Position numbers and translations under genes: made by a program. The notes below the pieces were generated by a model. That model saw only the letters and a program-made list of their open reading frames with translations, was not told the DNA's origin and did not search any database. From an uncultured Actinomycetota bacterium (lineage in GTDB: Bacteria; Actinomycetota; Actinomycetes; Mycobacteriales; Mycobacteriaceae): a stretch of DNA of 64,000 nucleotides. Numbering within the stretch: position 1 is the first letter of the stretch; each line of letters opens with the position of its first letter. Shown here in pieces: positions 28,608-42,937 of this stretch. Location of the stretch: NCBI GenBank assembly GCA_963738695.1, contig CAVTXO010000012.1:40742-104741 (forward strand), written 5' to 3'.

Positions 28608-28963
28608 CGTCGACTCGCCCGAGCTCCCGAGCTGACCCGACGGAGCGCCGTCACGCAGTTCCTGGTCGAGCCGGGCCGAGATGGCGTCGCGACTGCCGGG
28701 AAGCGCGCGGATCACGACCCGGTCGCCGGCGTCGAGTTCGTCGATCACGCCCGTGCCACGTGCCGCAGCCGCCGCGCGACCCGGTGACGCTGCGACCGCG
28801 TTACCGACCGACTTCGCCACGACCAGACCGATCCTTGGGCGCGCTCGTCGTCGACGGATCGCAGCGCGTGCACGACGAGATCGGGCTGGACGGCTCGCAC
28901 TCCCCGTTTGACCGTCAACCCGAAATCCGTCGACCGCGTCATCCGGTACCGGGCCGGAAGCAC
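28604..28963 (-). CDS. rnpA: RNase P protein component (frameshifted)
   Basis: '[14 protein letters not shown]', '[13 protein letters not shown]', 'VVIRALPGS'. Confidence 0.92.
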
Positions 28964-28996
28964 CTGCGCTAAACCCTGCTGCGGATCAGAACAGCA

Positions 28997-29140
28997 TCAC
29001 GCAGTGAGAGAGCGGCGGCCCTTGCTACGCCGGCCGGACACGATGGCGCGCCCGGCACGCGTGCGCATCCGCAGCCGGAAGCCGTGCACGCGTGCACGAC
29101 GCCGGTTGTTCGGCTGAAAGGTCCGCTTGCCCTTGGCCAC
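28997..29140 (-). CDS. rpmH: 50S ribosomal protein L34 (47 aa; not in the ORF track)
   Basis: GTG start, [47 protein letters not shown]. Confidence 0.97.
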   Translation of the reverse strand: MAKGKRTFQPNNRRRARVHGFRLRMRTRAGRAIVSGRRSKGRRSLTA

Positions 29141-29622
29141 GGCTGTGTCTCCTCAGTTACAGTCGCGTCGGCATCCGTCACCGACACGATGTACGTCATG
29201 CCGGTTGGGACACAGTCGCGATTCGTCCGAACGTCCGTCTCGCTTGCTAGCCCCGGCGCGGTACCCCGAACTTCCGGGTCGCAGCCGTGTCGCCACGTTC
29301 GGGCGACTGTTCGAGGGTACTGACGAGATTTCCCTAGGTCAAACCACTCGCGCCCACCACGGACTTCGCCACATTCGTCACAGTTTTCACCGATCCCTCA
29401 GCCGGCGTCTCACGAAGCGTCCAATCAATGTTGCAGAACGGTTGGCACCCGCGACGAAAACTGTTAGCTTCTGCGCAATGCCGTTTCAGAGCGGAACGGC
29501 GATCGACAACCAACCGAGGACGGCCACCCACCCGCGAGCCCACAGCATCTTCGACCGCTGTGACGAGCCCCGGGAGCCCGGCCTTCCGACAAGTAGACAA
29601 CGACACGACGACCCGCTGTCCG

Positions 29623-29656
29623 CTGTCCACAGGCTGTGGATAACTATGTGGACAGT
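29623..29656. promoter_or_regulatory. Three DnaA boxes upstream of dnaA
   Basis: CTGTCCACA (29623), TGTGGATAA (29635, perfect box on the minus strand), TGTGGACAG (29648). Confidence 0.88.
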
Positions 29657-29712
29657 TTGGGCTTCGTCTATTCGGCCGTCTCCTCAAGCGGGCCTCGAGG
29701 GGGTACGTCTCA

Positions 29713-31196
29713 TTGACAACCGACCCTGACCCTCCGTTCGTCGCGATCTGGAACGACGTCGTCGCCGAGCTCAACGGCGACATCGCTCCCGACGACTCGA
29801 TCAACGGCGGATCCGCGTCGCCGTCGCTCACCCCTCAGCAAAGGGCATGGCTCAAGATGGTCAAGCCCTTGGTCATCGCCGAGGGGTTTGCCCTGCTGTC
29901 GGTTCCGACCCCGTTCGTCCAGAACGAGATCGAACGTCACCTGCGCGAGCCGATCATCACCAGTCTTAGCCGACGGCTCGGACAGCGGGTCGAACTCGGC
30001 GTCCGCATCGCTACCCCCGAGTCCGAACCCGAACCGCGACCTCGGCGACGACACCCTGCCCGATCCCGACGAGGTCGACGAGGACGAGGAAGCGCTCGCC
30101 AGCGCCGAGGAGAGCTGGCCGAGTTACTTCACCAGGGAGCCGCAGAACAGCTCGTCGTCCAACGACGTCAGCCTCAACCGCCGGTACACGTTCGACACCT
30201 TCGTCATCGGTGCCTCCAACCGGTTCGCCCACGCGGCCAGCCTCGCCATCGCCGAGGCGCCGGCGCGTGCCTACAACCCGCTCTTCATCTGGGGTGAGTC
30301 CGGGCTCGGCAAGACACACCTCCTGCACGCGGCGGGCAACTACGCGCAGCGGCTCTTTCCCGGCATGCGCGTCAAGTACGTCTCCACCGAGGAGTTCACC
30401 AACGACTTCATCAACTCGCTGCGCGACGACCGCAAGGCGTCGTTCAAGCGCAGTTATCGCGACATCGACGTACTGCTCGTCGACGACATCCAGTTCATCG
30501 AGGGCAAGGAAGGCATCCAGGAGGAGTTCTTCCACACCTTCAACACGCTGCACAACGCGAACAAGCAGATCGTCATCTCCTCCGATCGGCCGCCCAAGCA
30601 GCTGGCCACCCTGGAGGACCGCCTCCGGACCCGGTTCGAGTGGGGTCTGATCACCGACGTTCAACCGCCGGAACTCGAGACCCGCATCGCCATCCTCCGC
30701 AAGAAGGCACAGATGGACCGGCTCGACGTGCCCGGCGACGTACTCGAACTCATCGCCAGCAGCATCGAGCGCAACATCCGCGAGCTCGAGGGCGCGCTGA
30801 TCCGCGTCACCGCATTCGCGTCGCTGAACAAGACCACGATCGACAAGGCGCTGGCGGAGATCGTCCTGCGCGATCTCATCTCGGACTCCAGCACGATGCA
30901 GATCAGCGCCGCGACGATCATGGCCGTCACCGCCGAGTACTTCGAGATCACGCGTCGAGGAACTCCGCGGGCCCGGCAAGACCCGGGCCCTGGCCCAGTC
31001 CCGTCAGATCGCCATGTACCTGTGCCGCGAGCTGACCGATCTCTCACTGCCCAGGATCGGTCAGGCCTTCGGCCGCGACCACACCACGGTCATGTACGCG
31101 GAGAAGAAGATCCGCGGCGAAATGGCCGAGCGACGCGAGATCTTCGATCACGTCACCGAACTCACGACGCGGATTCGGCAGCGCTCCAAGCGCTGA
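29713..31196 (+). CDS. dnaA: Chromosomal replication initiator DnaA (indels)
   Basis: '[18 protein letters not shown]', 'LLVDDIQF', '[11 protein letters not shown]'. Confidence 0.98.
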
Positions 31197-31711
31197 CCGA
31201 CTTTTCTCGCATCGAAATCTCGAAAAAACTTTGGTCACAGCCGCACCACTCGTCACACCAACTGCTCGTGGATGCCACTGTGCACAACCCTCGGACAACC
31301 TGGACCGCGCCTGGCGCCGCTCACACTCGGTGGACCCCGTCCACAGCGGCACCGAACCACGCCCGCGGTCATCCACACCCCATCCACGAGCGGCGACACG
31401 CTCCCACCTGCACACCAACGGCTTCATCCCCAACTTCCACAGCCCCTATTACTGTTACTCATCTACCTACTAAGGAATTCCTTCTAAAAGTAGGGCCTTG
31501 GGGAAGGCACCGTTCGATCGCCACTCCGACGACCGCTCGGCGACGTGGTCGTCGGTCCGATCGATTAGCTTTCAAGTTGGACCGGAACGCTCTACGGTGG
31601 TTCTTCGACAGCCGGTACGGTCGTCGAACCGCAGGGATCGCGACCCGTCGCAAGACGGACGCAAACCCGCTGCTTAGAGCTTGTTGGTTGGGTTGTCATC
31701 GAAGGGACGCT
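31197..31711. other. oriC: Replication origin oriC (dnaA-dnaN intergenic)
   Basis: Degenerate DnaA boxes CTGTGCACA 31278, CCGTCCACA 31337, TCATCCACA 31369, tandem TCATCCCCA/ACTTCCACA 31424-31441, followed by an AT-rich tract at about 31447-31492. Confidence 0.92.
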
Positions 31712-32915
31712 ATGGACGTGGTGACGACGACGGTTGGTCTCACCGATTTGAAGTTCCGGTTGGTCCGCGAGGACTTCGCCGACGCGGTGGCCTGGGTGGC
31801 GCGAATCCTGCCGAGCCGGCCGACCGTGCCCGTCCTGTCCGGCGTGCTTCTCACCGGTTCCGATGACGGCCTGATGATCTCCGGATACGACTACGAAGTG
31901 TCGGCCGAGGTTCGGGTCGCAGCTGAAATCGCTTCTCCTGGAAGCGTTTTGGTATCGGGGCGGCTGTTGTCGGACATCACCCGGTCGCTGCCGGCCAAGC
32001 CGGTCGACGTCAGCGTCGAGGGCACCAGGGTGTCGTTGACCTGCGGTAGCGCGACGATTCTCGCTGCCGACGATGGCCGTCGAGGACTACCCGACGCTGC
32101 CGACGCTGCCCGAGGAGACCGGGGTGGTGTCCTCGGATCTGTTCGGTCAGGCGATCGGCCAGGTCGCCGTCGCCGCAGGCCGTGACGACACGCTGCCCAT
32201 GCTGACCGGCATCCGCGTCGAGATCTCCGGTGAGAAGGTCGTTTTGGCCGCGACCGACCGGTTCCGGCTGGCCGTTCGCGAGCTGACCTGGTCCACCGAC
32301 ATCGGCGGACATCGAGGCGGCAGTCCTGGTGCCCGCGAAGACGCTGGCCGAGGCGGCCAAGGCGGGCACCGACGGCGCTGAGGTCCACCTGTCGCTGGGT
32401 GCGGGTAGCGCCGTCGGCAAGGAGGGCCTGCTCGGCATCCGCAGCAACGGCAAGCGCACCACCAGCCGGCTGCTCGATGCGGAGTTCCCGAAGTTCCGTC
32501 AGTTGCTGCCCTCCGAGCACACGGCGGTCGCGACGGTCGGCAGTGGCCGAGCTGACCGAGGCCATCAAGCGCGTGGCGCTGGTGGCCGACCGCGGCGCCC
32601 AGGTTCGGCTGGAGTTCGCCGACGGACGTGCTGCACCTGTCGGCCGGCGCCGACGACGTGGGTCGCGCCGAGGAGGATCTGCCGGTCGAGTTCTTCGGCG
32701 AGCCGCTCACCATCGCGTTCAACCCGACCTACCTGACCGATGGCCTCGGCTCGTTGCACTCCGAGAAGGTGACGTTCGGCTTCACGACACCCAGCCGTCC
32801 CGCGGTGTTGCGCCCGGCAGGCGATGATGATGGATACGTCGGTTCGTCGGGCCCGTTCCCGGCGGCTCAAACCGACTACGTCTATCTGTTGATGCCGGTG
32901 CGCCTCCCGGGCTGA
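31712..32915 (+). CDS. dnaN: DNA polymerase III beta clamp
   Basis: '[12 protein letters not shown]', '[13 protein letters not shown]', '[12 protein letters not shown]', C-terminal '[10 protein letters not shown]'. Confidence 0.97.
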
Positions 32916-32944
32916 CCGGCCCTGACGCCACGAAAGAGGCGCAC

Positions 32945-33839
32945 ATGCAACTGGGGTTGGTCGGTCTCGGCAAAATGGGCTTCAACATGCGCGAGCGTCT
33001 GCGCGAGGGCGGACACGAGGTGGTCGGCTACGACCCGCGGCCGGAGGTCACCGACGTCCCGACGCTGGCTGCGCTGGCCGCGGCGCTGCCGGCCCCGCGT
33101 GTGGTGTGGGTGATGGTGCCCTCCGGCCCGATCACCAACGACACGATCGTCGGGCTCGCCGCCGAACTCAGCGAAGGCGACTTGGTGATCGACGGCGGCA
33201 ACTCGCGCTACACCGAGGACGGCCCGCACGCGAAGTTGTTGGGCGAGAAGGGAATCGGATTCATCGACGCCGGCGTGTCCGGCGGTATCTGGGGACTGAC
33301 CGAGGGTTACGGCCTGATGGTCGGCGGCAGCGACGCCGACGTCGCCCGGGCGATGCCGATCTTCGACACGCTGCGGCCGCCCGGCGACGTCGCCGACGGA
33401 TTCGTGCACGCCGGCCCGGTCGGCGCTGGGCACTTCGCCAAGATGGTGCACAACGGCGTCGAGTACGCGTTGATGACGGCCTACGGCGAGGGCTACGAGA
33501 TCCTCGCCGCCGAGGACCTGATCAAGAGTCCGCAGGCGGTCATACCAGGCCTGGACCAACGGCACCGTCGTGCGGTCGTGGCTGCAGCAGCTGCTGGCCA
33601 AGGCGCTCAAGGAAGATCCCGGGCTCGACGAGATCACCGGCTACGCCGAGGACTCCGGTGAGGGCCGCTGGACGGTCGAGGAGGCGATCCGGCTGCGGGT
33701 GCCGGTGCCGGGCATCGCGGCGTCGCTGTTCGCGAGGTTCCTGTCCAGGCAGGACGACTCGCCGACCATGAAGGCCGTCGCCGCGCTGCGGAACCAGTTC
33801 GGCGGGCACGCCGTCCAAAGGATCAGCAAGTCCGGATGA
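32945..33839 (+). CDS. gnd: 6-phosphogluconate dehydrogenase (short, NAD-dependent type)
   Basis: 'LGLVGLGKMG', 'IDGGNS', 'GAGHFAKMVHNGVEY', 'ALRNQFGGH'. Confidence 0.95.
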
Positions 33840-33878
33840 GCCGGCGGGCTGCAGTCGATACGACTCGGGGTTCGGGAT

Positions 33879-35041
33879 TTGTACGTTCGTCATGTGGGTT
33901 TGACCGACTTCCGGTCGTGGCCGCGGGTCGAGCTGGAGCTCGAACCCGGCCGCACGGTGTTCATCGGCCCGAATGGCTTCGGCAAGACGAATCTCGTTGA
34001 GGCGCTGTGGTATTCGTCGACGCTCGGCTCGCATCGGGTGGCTTCGGACGCCCCGCTGATCAGGGCGGGCGCCGAGCGCGCGGTGGTCTCGACGATCGTC
34101 GTCAACGAGGGTCGCGAGCTCGCGGTCGACCTCGAGATCACGGCGGGCCGGGCGAACAAGGCGCGGCTCAACCGCTCCCCCGTGCGCAGCGCCCGCGAGA
34201 TTCTCGGTGCGCTGCGGGCGGTGTTGTTCGCGCCGGAGGATCTGGCGCTGGTGCGCGGCGATCCGGGTGAACGACGACGCTACCTCGACGAGCTGGCCAC
34301 CACGCGGCGGCCGACGATCGCCGGTGTCCGTGCGGACTACGACAAGGTGCTCCGTCAGCGCACCGCGCTGCTGAAGACACGCCGCCGGCGGCAGATTCCG
34401 CAGCGATTCCAGCGCCCTGGAGACCCTCGACGTGTGGGACGGCCATCTCGCCACCCACGGTGCGCAGCTGATCGCCGCCCGGGTCGATCTGGTCAACCAG
34501 CTCGCGCCCGAGGTGGAGAAGGCCTATCAACTGCTGGCACCGGCGTCGCGCGCCGCGGCCGTGCGCTACCGCAGCTCGGTCGAGACCGTCGAGGCCGAGG
34601 CGGCGGCAGGCACCGTGAGCGTCGAGCTGTTCGAGGCCGCGTTGCTGGCCGAACTGGCGCGCAGGCGCGCCGCCGAACTGGAACGCGGCGTGTGTCTGGT
34701 CGGTCCACACCGCGACGATCTGGAGCTGCGGCTCGGCGATCAACCGGCGAAAGGCTTTGCCAGCCATGGGGAATCGTGGTCGATGGCACTGGCACTGCGG
34801 CTGGCCGCCTACGAGCTGTTGCGTTCGGAGGGCAGCGATCCGGTGCTGCTGCTCGACGACGTCTTCGCCGAACTCGACACCGCGCGCAGGCGCGCGCTGG
34901 TCGACGTCGCGGCGTCGGCCGAGCAGGTGCTGGTCACCGCCGCGGTGCACGACGACGTTCCCGTCGGACTGGGATGCGCGCAGAATCGAGATCGGAATGC
35001 GCGACGACGACACGGGTCGAGTCTCGGAGGTGATCGGATGA
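33879..35041 (+). CDS. recF: DNA replication/repair protein RecF
   Basis: '[10 protein letters not shown]', 'VGPHRDDL', '[12 protein letters not shown]'. Confidence 0.96.
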
Positions 35042-35606
35042 CGGAGTCCGAAGACGCGGCGAGCCGGCAGGCCCGCCAGAGCACCTGGCGCATCTGCGCG
35101 GGATGGATCTGGTGCGCCGCACGTTCGAGGAGGCCCGCGGCGCCGCGCGCAGTCAGGGCAAGGACGTCGGCCGCGGCCGCACGTCGCCCGGCACGACGGG
35201 TCGCCGGCCGAGGACGCCGCCGCACGTGGTCGGGACCCGGGCCCGGACGTGCGGGATCCCCAGACGTTCGGCTCGGCGACCATGGATCTGGCACGCACCC
35301 GCGGCTGGACCCCTCGTGTCGCCGAGGGCTCCGATCTTCGGCCAGTGGCCGACGGTGGTCGGCGAGCAGATCGCCGAGCACGCGAACCCGTCGTCGCTGC
35401 GCGAGGGCGTGCTCACCGTCGATGGCCGAGTCGACGGCGTGGGCCACCCAGCTGCGGATGGTGCAGGCGCAGATCCTGGCGAAGATCGCGGCGGCCGTCG
35501 GCGACGGCGTCGTCACGTCGCTGAAGATCGTCGGTCCGACCGCTCCGACGTGGCGCAAGGGCAGGTACCACATCGCCGGCCGCGGCCCCGCGACACCTAC
35601 GGATGA
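35038..35606 (+). CDS. dciA: DUF721/DciA helicase-loader-like protein (Rv0004-like)
   Basis: '[16 protein letters not shown]', '[14 protein letters not shown]', '[11 protein letters not shown]'; position between recF and gyrB. Confidence 0.85.
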
Positions 35607-35796
35607 GCGCCGGACTCGGCGGTGGCTGAGAGCCGCGTCAGTCGGCAAAGAGCCGCTCTCGAGCGGCCGGACGCGAGGATCATCGAGAAATTCCGCGCAC
35701 GGCGTCATTTAGGTGTGCAGAAACGCCGCCTCAGAGTCAGTGCTGACGGTGCCTGACGGTAGACTGGACGGCAGATCCGCGAGGGGCCACTCGTAA

Positions 35797-37873
<2,077 letters not shown>

Positions 37874-37926
37874 CGCCGTTCGAATCCGAACCAATCCCGA
37901 GCTGCTCATAGACGAGCGAGGAGCAC

Positions 37927-40441
37927 ATGACAGACACCACCCTGCCGCCCGGGCGACGACGGCGCGACCACCGACCGCATCGAACCGGTCGACATCCAGC
38001 AGGAGATGCAGCGCAGCTACATCGACTACGCGATGAGCGTCATCGTCGGCCGCGCACTGCCCGAGGTTCGTGACGGTCTCAAGCCGGTGCACCGCCGCGT
38101 GCTGTACGCGATGTACGACTCGGGTTTCCGGCCGGACCGCGGTCACGCGAAATCCGCACGCTCCGTTGCCGAGACGATGGGCAACTATCACCCGCACGGC
38201 GACTCGTCGATCTACGACACCCTGGTCCGGATGGCCCAGCCGTGGTCGCTGCGCTACCCGCTCGTCGACGGGCAGGGCAACTTCGGCTCGCCGGGCAACG
38301 ATCCACCGGCCGCGATGAGGTACACGGAAGCGCGCCTCACTCCGCTGGCGATGGAGATGCTGCGCGAAATCGACGAGGAGACAGTCGATTTCATCCCGAA
38401 CTACGACGGCCGGGTGCAGGAGCCGACCGTCCTGCCCAGCCGGTTCCCCAACCTGTTGGCCAACGGCTCGGGCGGTATCGCGGTCGGCATGGCCACCAAC
38501 ATGCCGCCGCACAACCTCCGCGAGCTCGTCCGAGGCGGTGTTCTGGTGCCTCGACAACTTCGAGGCCGACGAAGAGGCCACGCTGGCGGCGGTCACCGAG
38601 CGGGTCAAGGGTCCTGACTTCCCGACCTACGGTTTGATCGTTGGCTCGCAGGGGATTCACGACGCCTACACGACGGGCCGCGGATCCATCCGCATGCGCG
38701 GCGTCGTCGAGATCGAGGAGGACTCGCAAGGGCCGCACGCTGCTGGTCATCACCGAGCTGCCCTACCAGGTCAACCACGACAACTTCATCACCTCGATCG
38801 CCGACCAGGTCCGCGACGGCAAGCTCGCCGGCATCTCCAACATCGAGGACCAGGGCAGCGACCGGGTCGGCATGCGCATCGTCGTCGAGGTCAAGCGCGA
38901 CGCCGTGGCGAAGGTGGTGCTGAACAACCTCTACAAGCACACCCAGCTGCAGACCAGCTTCGGCGCGAACATGCTGTCGATCGTCGACGGCGTCCCGCGC
39001 ACGCTGCGCATCGACCAGCTGATCCGGCTGTACGTGGTGCACCAGTTGGACGTCATCGTCCGCCGGACCACCTACCGGTTGCGCAAGGCCAACGAGCGGG
39101 CCCACATCTTGCGCGGCCTGGTCAAGGCGCTCGACGCGCTCGACGAGGTCATCGCGCTGATCCGGGCGTCGGAGACCGTCGACGTCGCCCGCGCAGGGCC
39201 TGATCGAGTTGCTCGACATCGACGACATCCAGGCGCAGGCGATCCTCGACATGCAGCTGCGGCGCCTCGCCGCCCTGGAACGCCAGCGCATCGTCGACGA
39301 TCTGGCCAAGATCGAGGCCGGAGATCGCCGACCTCGAGGACATCCTGGCCAAGCCGGAGCGTCAGCGCGCGATCGTGCACGACGAGCTCGCCGAGCTCGT
39401 CGAGAAGTACGGCGACGACCGCCGCACCCGGATCATCCCCGCCGACGGCGACGTCGCCGACGAGGATCTGATCGCGCGCGAAGAGGTGGTCGTCACGATC
39501 ACCGAGACCGGCTACGCCAAGCGGACCAAGTCCGATCTGTACCGCAGCCAGAAGCGCGGCGGCAAGGGCGTGCAGGGCGCCGGCCTCAAGCAGGACGACA
39601 TCGTCCGGCACTTCTTCGTCAGCTCGACCCACGACTGGATCCTGTTCTTCACCACGCAGGGCCGGGTGTACCGGGCGAAGGCCTACGAGCTGCCGGAGGC
39701 GTCGCGGACGGCGCGCGGCCAGCACGTCGCGAACCTGCTGGCCTTCCAGCCCGAGGAGCGCATCGCGCAGGTCATCCAGATCAAGAGCTACGAGGACGCG
39801 CCGTACCTGGTGCTCGCCACCCGCAACGGTCTGGTGAAGAAGTCCAAGCTGACCGACTTCGACTCCAACCGGTCGGGCGGCATCGTCGCGGTGAACCTGC
39901 GCGACGGCGACGAACTGGTCGGCGCGGTGCTGTGCTCCGCCGAGGAGGACCTGCTGCTGGTGTCGGCCAAGGGGCAGTCGATCCGGTTCTCGGCGACCGA
40001 CGAGGCGCTGCGTCCGATGGGCCGGGCCACCTCGGGCGTGCAGGGCATGCGGTTCAACGAGGAGGACCAGCTGCTGTCGCTCAACGTCGTCCGCGAGGGC
40101 ACGTATCTGCTGGTCGCGACGTCGGGCGGCTACGCCAAGCGCACCGCGATCGAGGAGTACACCGACGCAGGGCCGCGGCGGCAAGGGCATCCTCACCATC
40201 CAGTACGACCGCAGGCGTGGCACTCTGGTCGGAGCGTTGATCGTCGACGACGACACCGAGCTGTACGCCATCACCTCCGGAGGGGGTGTCATCCGGACCG
40301 GGCACGTCAGGTGCGCAAGGCCGGACGGCAAACCAAGGGGGTGCGCTTGATGAACCTGGGCGAGGGCGACACACTGGTTGCCGTTGCGCGCAACGCCGAC
40401 GAGGACGCTGTCACGAAGACGACGAGTCCGACGAGACGTAA
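37927..40441 (+). CDS. gyrA: DNA gyrase subunit A (3' end approximate)
   Basis: '[11 protein letters not shown]', 'AAMRYTEAR', GyrA box 'QKRGGKG'. Confidence 0.98.
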
Positions 40442-40489
40442 CGCGACACCGATTGCCGCCGGCAGTCGGCCTGAGCGAAGGAGCCGTAG

Positions 40490-41384
40490 GTGAGTTCACC
40501 GAACGAGCCGGGATACCCGCGCACGGGTGACGGGCCCGGTAGCGCCAACGGCTCGGGCGGCGGCCGGCGACGCACAGCGGCGACGTTCCGCCGTGGCAGC
40601 GGGGCGCGTCGCCGGGTCCGCGCCGCGCCGCGTCCAGCCCGAGACCGCCCGAGGGTGGACGGGCCGGCTGCCGCAGCCGGCCACACCCCCGGCGTCGACG
40701 CCCGGCATCAACCGGTTCATCTCGGGTGGTCCGCGACGCCCGCCGGCTCCGCCGGCTCCGCCCGCGGGAGTCCGGCCCCGCGCGTGAGTCGGCCCGGCCC
40801 GCGAGCCTGGCCCGGCCCGCGAGCCGGACTCCGCGCCGCCGCGCGGCGACCGCTCCGAGACGGTTCGTCCCGAGGCCTACGCCAGCGAGCTGCCGGACCT
40901 CTCGGGCCCGATCCCCGCGGCGCCGCAGCGCAAGCCGCGTCGAACGGACTGCCGCCGAGCCGGCTACCCGGTCGGCCGCGCCGGCGGTCCGTACGCCAGC
41001 GTGCCGCCGGCCGGTCCGCAGGGCCCGGTGCGCGCGAGCATGCAGATCCGGCGGTTCGATCCGTGGAGCGTGCTGAAGGTCTCACTGGTGCTGTCGGTGG
41101 CGCTGTTCTTCGTGTGGATGATCGCCGTCGCGTTCCTGTACCTGGTGCTCGGCGGCATGGGCGTGTGGAGCAAGCTCAACAGCAACGTCGGCGACCTGCT
41201 CACCAGCGCGAGCGGCAGCGGCGGCGAATTGGTCTCCAGCGGCACCATCTTCGGCGGCGCGGCGCTGATCGGACTGGTCAACATCGTGCTGCTGACCGCG
41301 ATGGCAACGTGCGGTGCGTTCATCTACAACCTCACCACCGACATCGTCGGCGGCATCGAGGTGACCCTCGCCGACCGGGACTGA
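40490..41384 (+). CDS. DUF3566 membrane protein (Rv0007-like)
   Basis: Pro-rich N-terminus; '[18 protein letters not shown]', '[21 protein letters not shown]'. Confidence 0.9.
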
Positions 41385-41452
41385 CGTCCCGCGGTTTGGG
41401 GCTGATGGGCCGGCGTTACGGTAATCTCGTCGCTCGGCCGTATGCGATTTAC

Positions 41453-41526
41453 GGGCCTATAGCTCAGGTGGTTAGAGCGCTTCGCTGATAACGAAGAGGT
41501 CGGAGGTTCGAGTCCTCCTAGGCCCA
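41453..41526 (+). tRNA. ileT: tRNA-Ile(GAT)
   Basis: GGGCCTATAGCTCAG...CTGATAA anticodon loop...GGTTCGAGTCC...TAGGCCCA. Confidence 0.97.
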
Positions 41527-41569
41527 CGGTTGCCGGTTCGACCGGCGGGCTCGACCGGAAGGGTGCACC

Positions 41570-41674
41570 GTGAGGCTGGTGTTGCTGTTCGTCGCGGTCG
41601 CCGCGGCGGTGATCGTGTGGCGATCGCGGCACGGCGTCGAGGTGTGGCACGTGGCCGCCGATCAGCCCAGCTGA
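41570..41674 (+). CDS. 34-aa single-TM micro-protein in the tRNA-Ile/tRNA-Ala spacer (possibly DLW-39-like)
   Basis: GGAAGG RBS, GTG start, MRLVLLFVAVAAAVIVWRSRHGVEVWHVAADQPS*; GC-rich third codon positions. Confidence 0.65.
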   Translation: MRLVLLFVAVAAAVIVWRSRHGVEVWHVAADQPS

Positions 41675-41685
41675 CCGACCGATCA

Positions 41686-41758
41686 GGGGCCTTAGCTCAG
41701 TTGGTAGAGCGCTGCCTTTGCAAGGCAGATGTCAGGGGTTCGAATCTCCTAGGCTCCA
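41686..41758 (+). tRNA. alaT: tRNA-Ala(TGC)
   Basis: GGGGCCTTAGCTCAG...TTTGCAA anticodon loop...GGTTCGAAT...GGCTCCA. Confidence 0.97.
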
Positions 41759-41902
41759 CAAAGTTGGATATCGGGCGGCGGCCCTTGAGTAGGTACCCAC
41801 ACCTGTCACCCCTTGACCGTCGAATAGCGTTGTCGGACAACAAGACATGATTCGACCCGCCACCGGAGTCGAGTGACGGGCCGAATCGGTCGGTGCGGCT
41901 GT

Positions 41903-42400
41903 TCAGAACGCGAGTTGATTCACCCGCCCGGTGAATGCCCTGTTCGGACCGGTGGCGTTCGTGCAACCCACCGTGGCGATGCGACCGCCGCCGTTGGCAT
42001 TCAGGGCCGCGGTCTGTGAGCTGACGACGCTCGGGCCCAGGCCGCTGTGCCAGTGGTCGAAGTCGACCGCGTCGACGGCGAGGGCGACGCACTGGTTGAC
42101 GGCGTAACCGGTGAGCACGCAGTGGTTGCCGCCGGCGTTCTGGCACGCGCCGAGCGCACCGGCGTTGGTCTCGTTGAAGGAACCGCCATTGACCCAGCTC
42201 GCCCAGACTCCGGTCTCGGACGACAACGCGATGGCGGAGTACTTGGCGGGGTTGGAGGGAGCCTGCGGAACTCCGGGTACCCCCGGGACGCCCGGGACGG
42301 CGGGGCGGGCATTGGCGGTCGCTGCGGCGCCCAAGCCGGCGGCGATGATGGCACCGGCAGCGAGCAACAGGGTGGCGGACTTCGTGTGCGTGGTGATCAC
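41903..42400 (-). CDS. Secreted DUF4189-like protein
   Basis: Signal peptide ending ANA, PGVPGVP linker, 'YSAIALS...ALGACQNAGGNHC...NQCVALAV...AALNAN...C' pattern. Confidence 0.75.
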   Translation of the reverse strand: MITTHTKSATLLLAAGAIIAAGLGAAATANARPAVPGVPGVPGVPQAPSNPAKYSAIALSSETGVWASWVNGGSFNETNAGALGACQNAGGNHCVLTGYAVNQCVALAVDAVDFDHWHSGLGPSVVSSQTAALNANGGGRIATVGCTNATGPNRAFTGRVNQLAF

Positions 42401-42509
42401 GAGGTCGTCCCTGGGGTTTTCGCCGCCCGGGATGGGCTGCGTTCACCAGCTAGGAGCGACCGACCGCACGGAATCCCTCACTTTCTCTGCAAGTGAGCGA
42501 CCGCGATCG

Positions 42510-42937
42510 TCAGGGCTTCGGCGACACCTCGACACTCGGCGGGCGCGGCGAGGGATCCGGCTGCGTCGACCGTCGAATGATCGAGAACGTCACCGCCCCG
42601 ACGGCCAGCACGGCGGCGCCTGCGGCGATCAGCAGGATCGGACGCGGGCGGCGCTTGGTGCGCGCGGGCGTCCTGCAGCGCCTGCGGCAGGTTGGCGACG
42701 ACCTCCTGGGCGGCGGCGAGCTCGTTGGCGATCGACGTCCTGCGCGGCCGCCAGATCCTTGCGCAGCTTTCCGCTGCGGTAGCGATGACCCAGCCACGCG
42801 ACCGACGACTGCGCCGAGTTCAGCCCGACGCCCAGCGCTCCCCTGGTGACGTCGACCGGTCCGACCGTCGAGTACTTCAGACCGCGGGCGAACCGCTGCC
42901 GCGGGGTCAACCGGACGGCGCTCGTCTTGGAGCTCAT
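42510..42937 (-). CDS. cwsA: Cell wall synthesis protein CwsA
   Basis: '[16 protein letters not shown]...GPVDVTRG', C-terminal TM then '[16 protein letters not shown]'. Confidence 0.88.

Noticed and set aside
27375-28820. Apparent RnpA-YidD-YidC fusion ORF
   Set aside because: Indel-generated joining of three known, overlapping genes.
29888-32185. 765-aa ORF suggesting a DnaA-DnaN fusion through oriC
   Set aside because: Artefact of a frameshift near 30950. DnaA's true C-terminus ends at 31196 in another frame.
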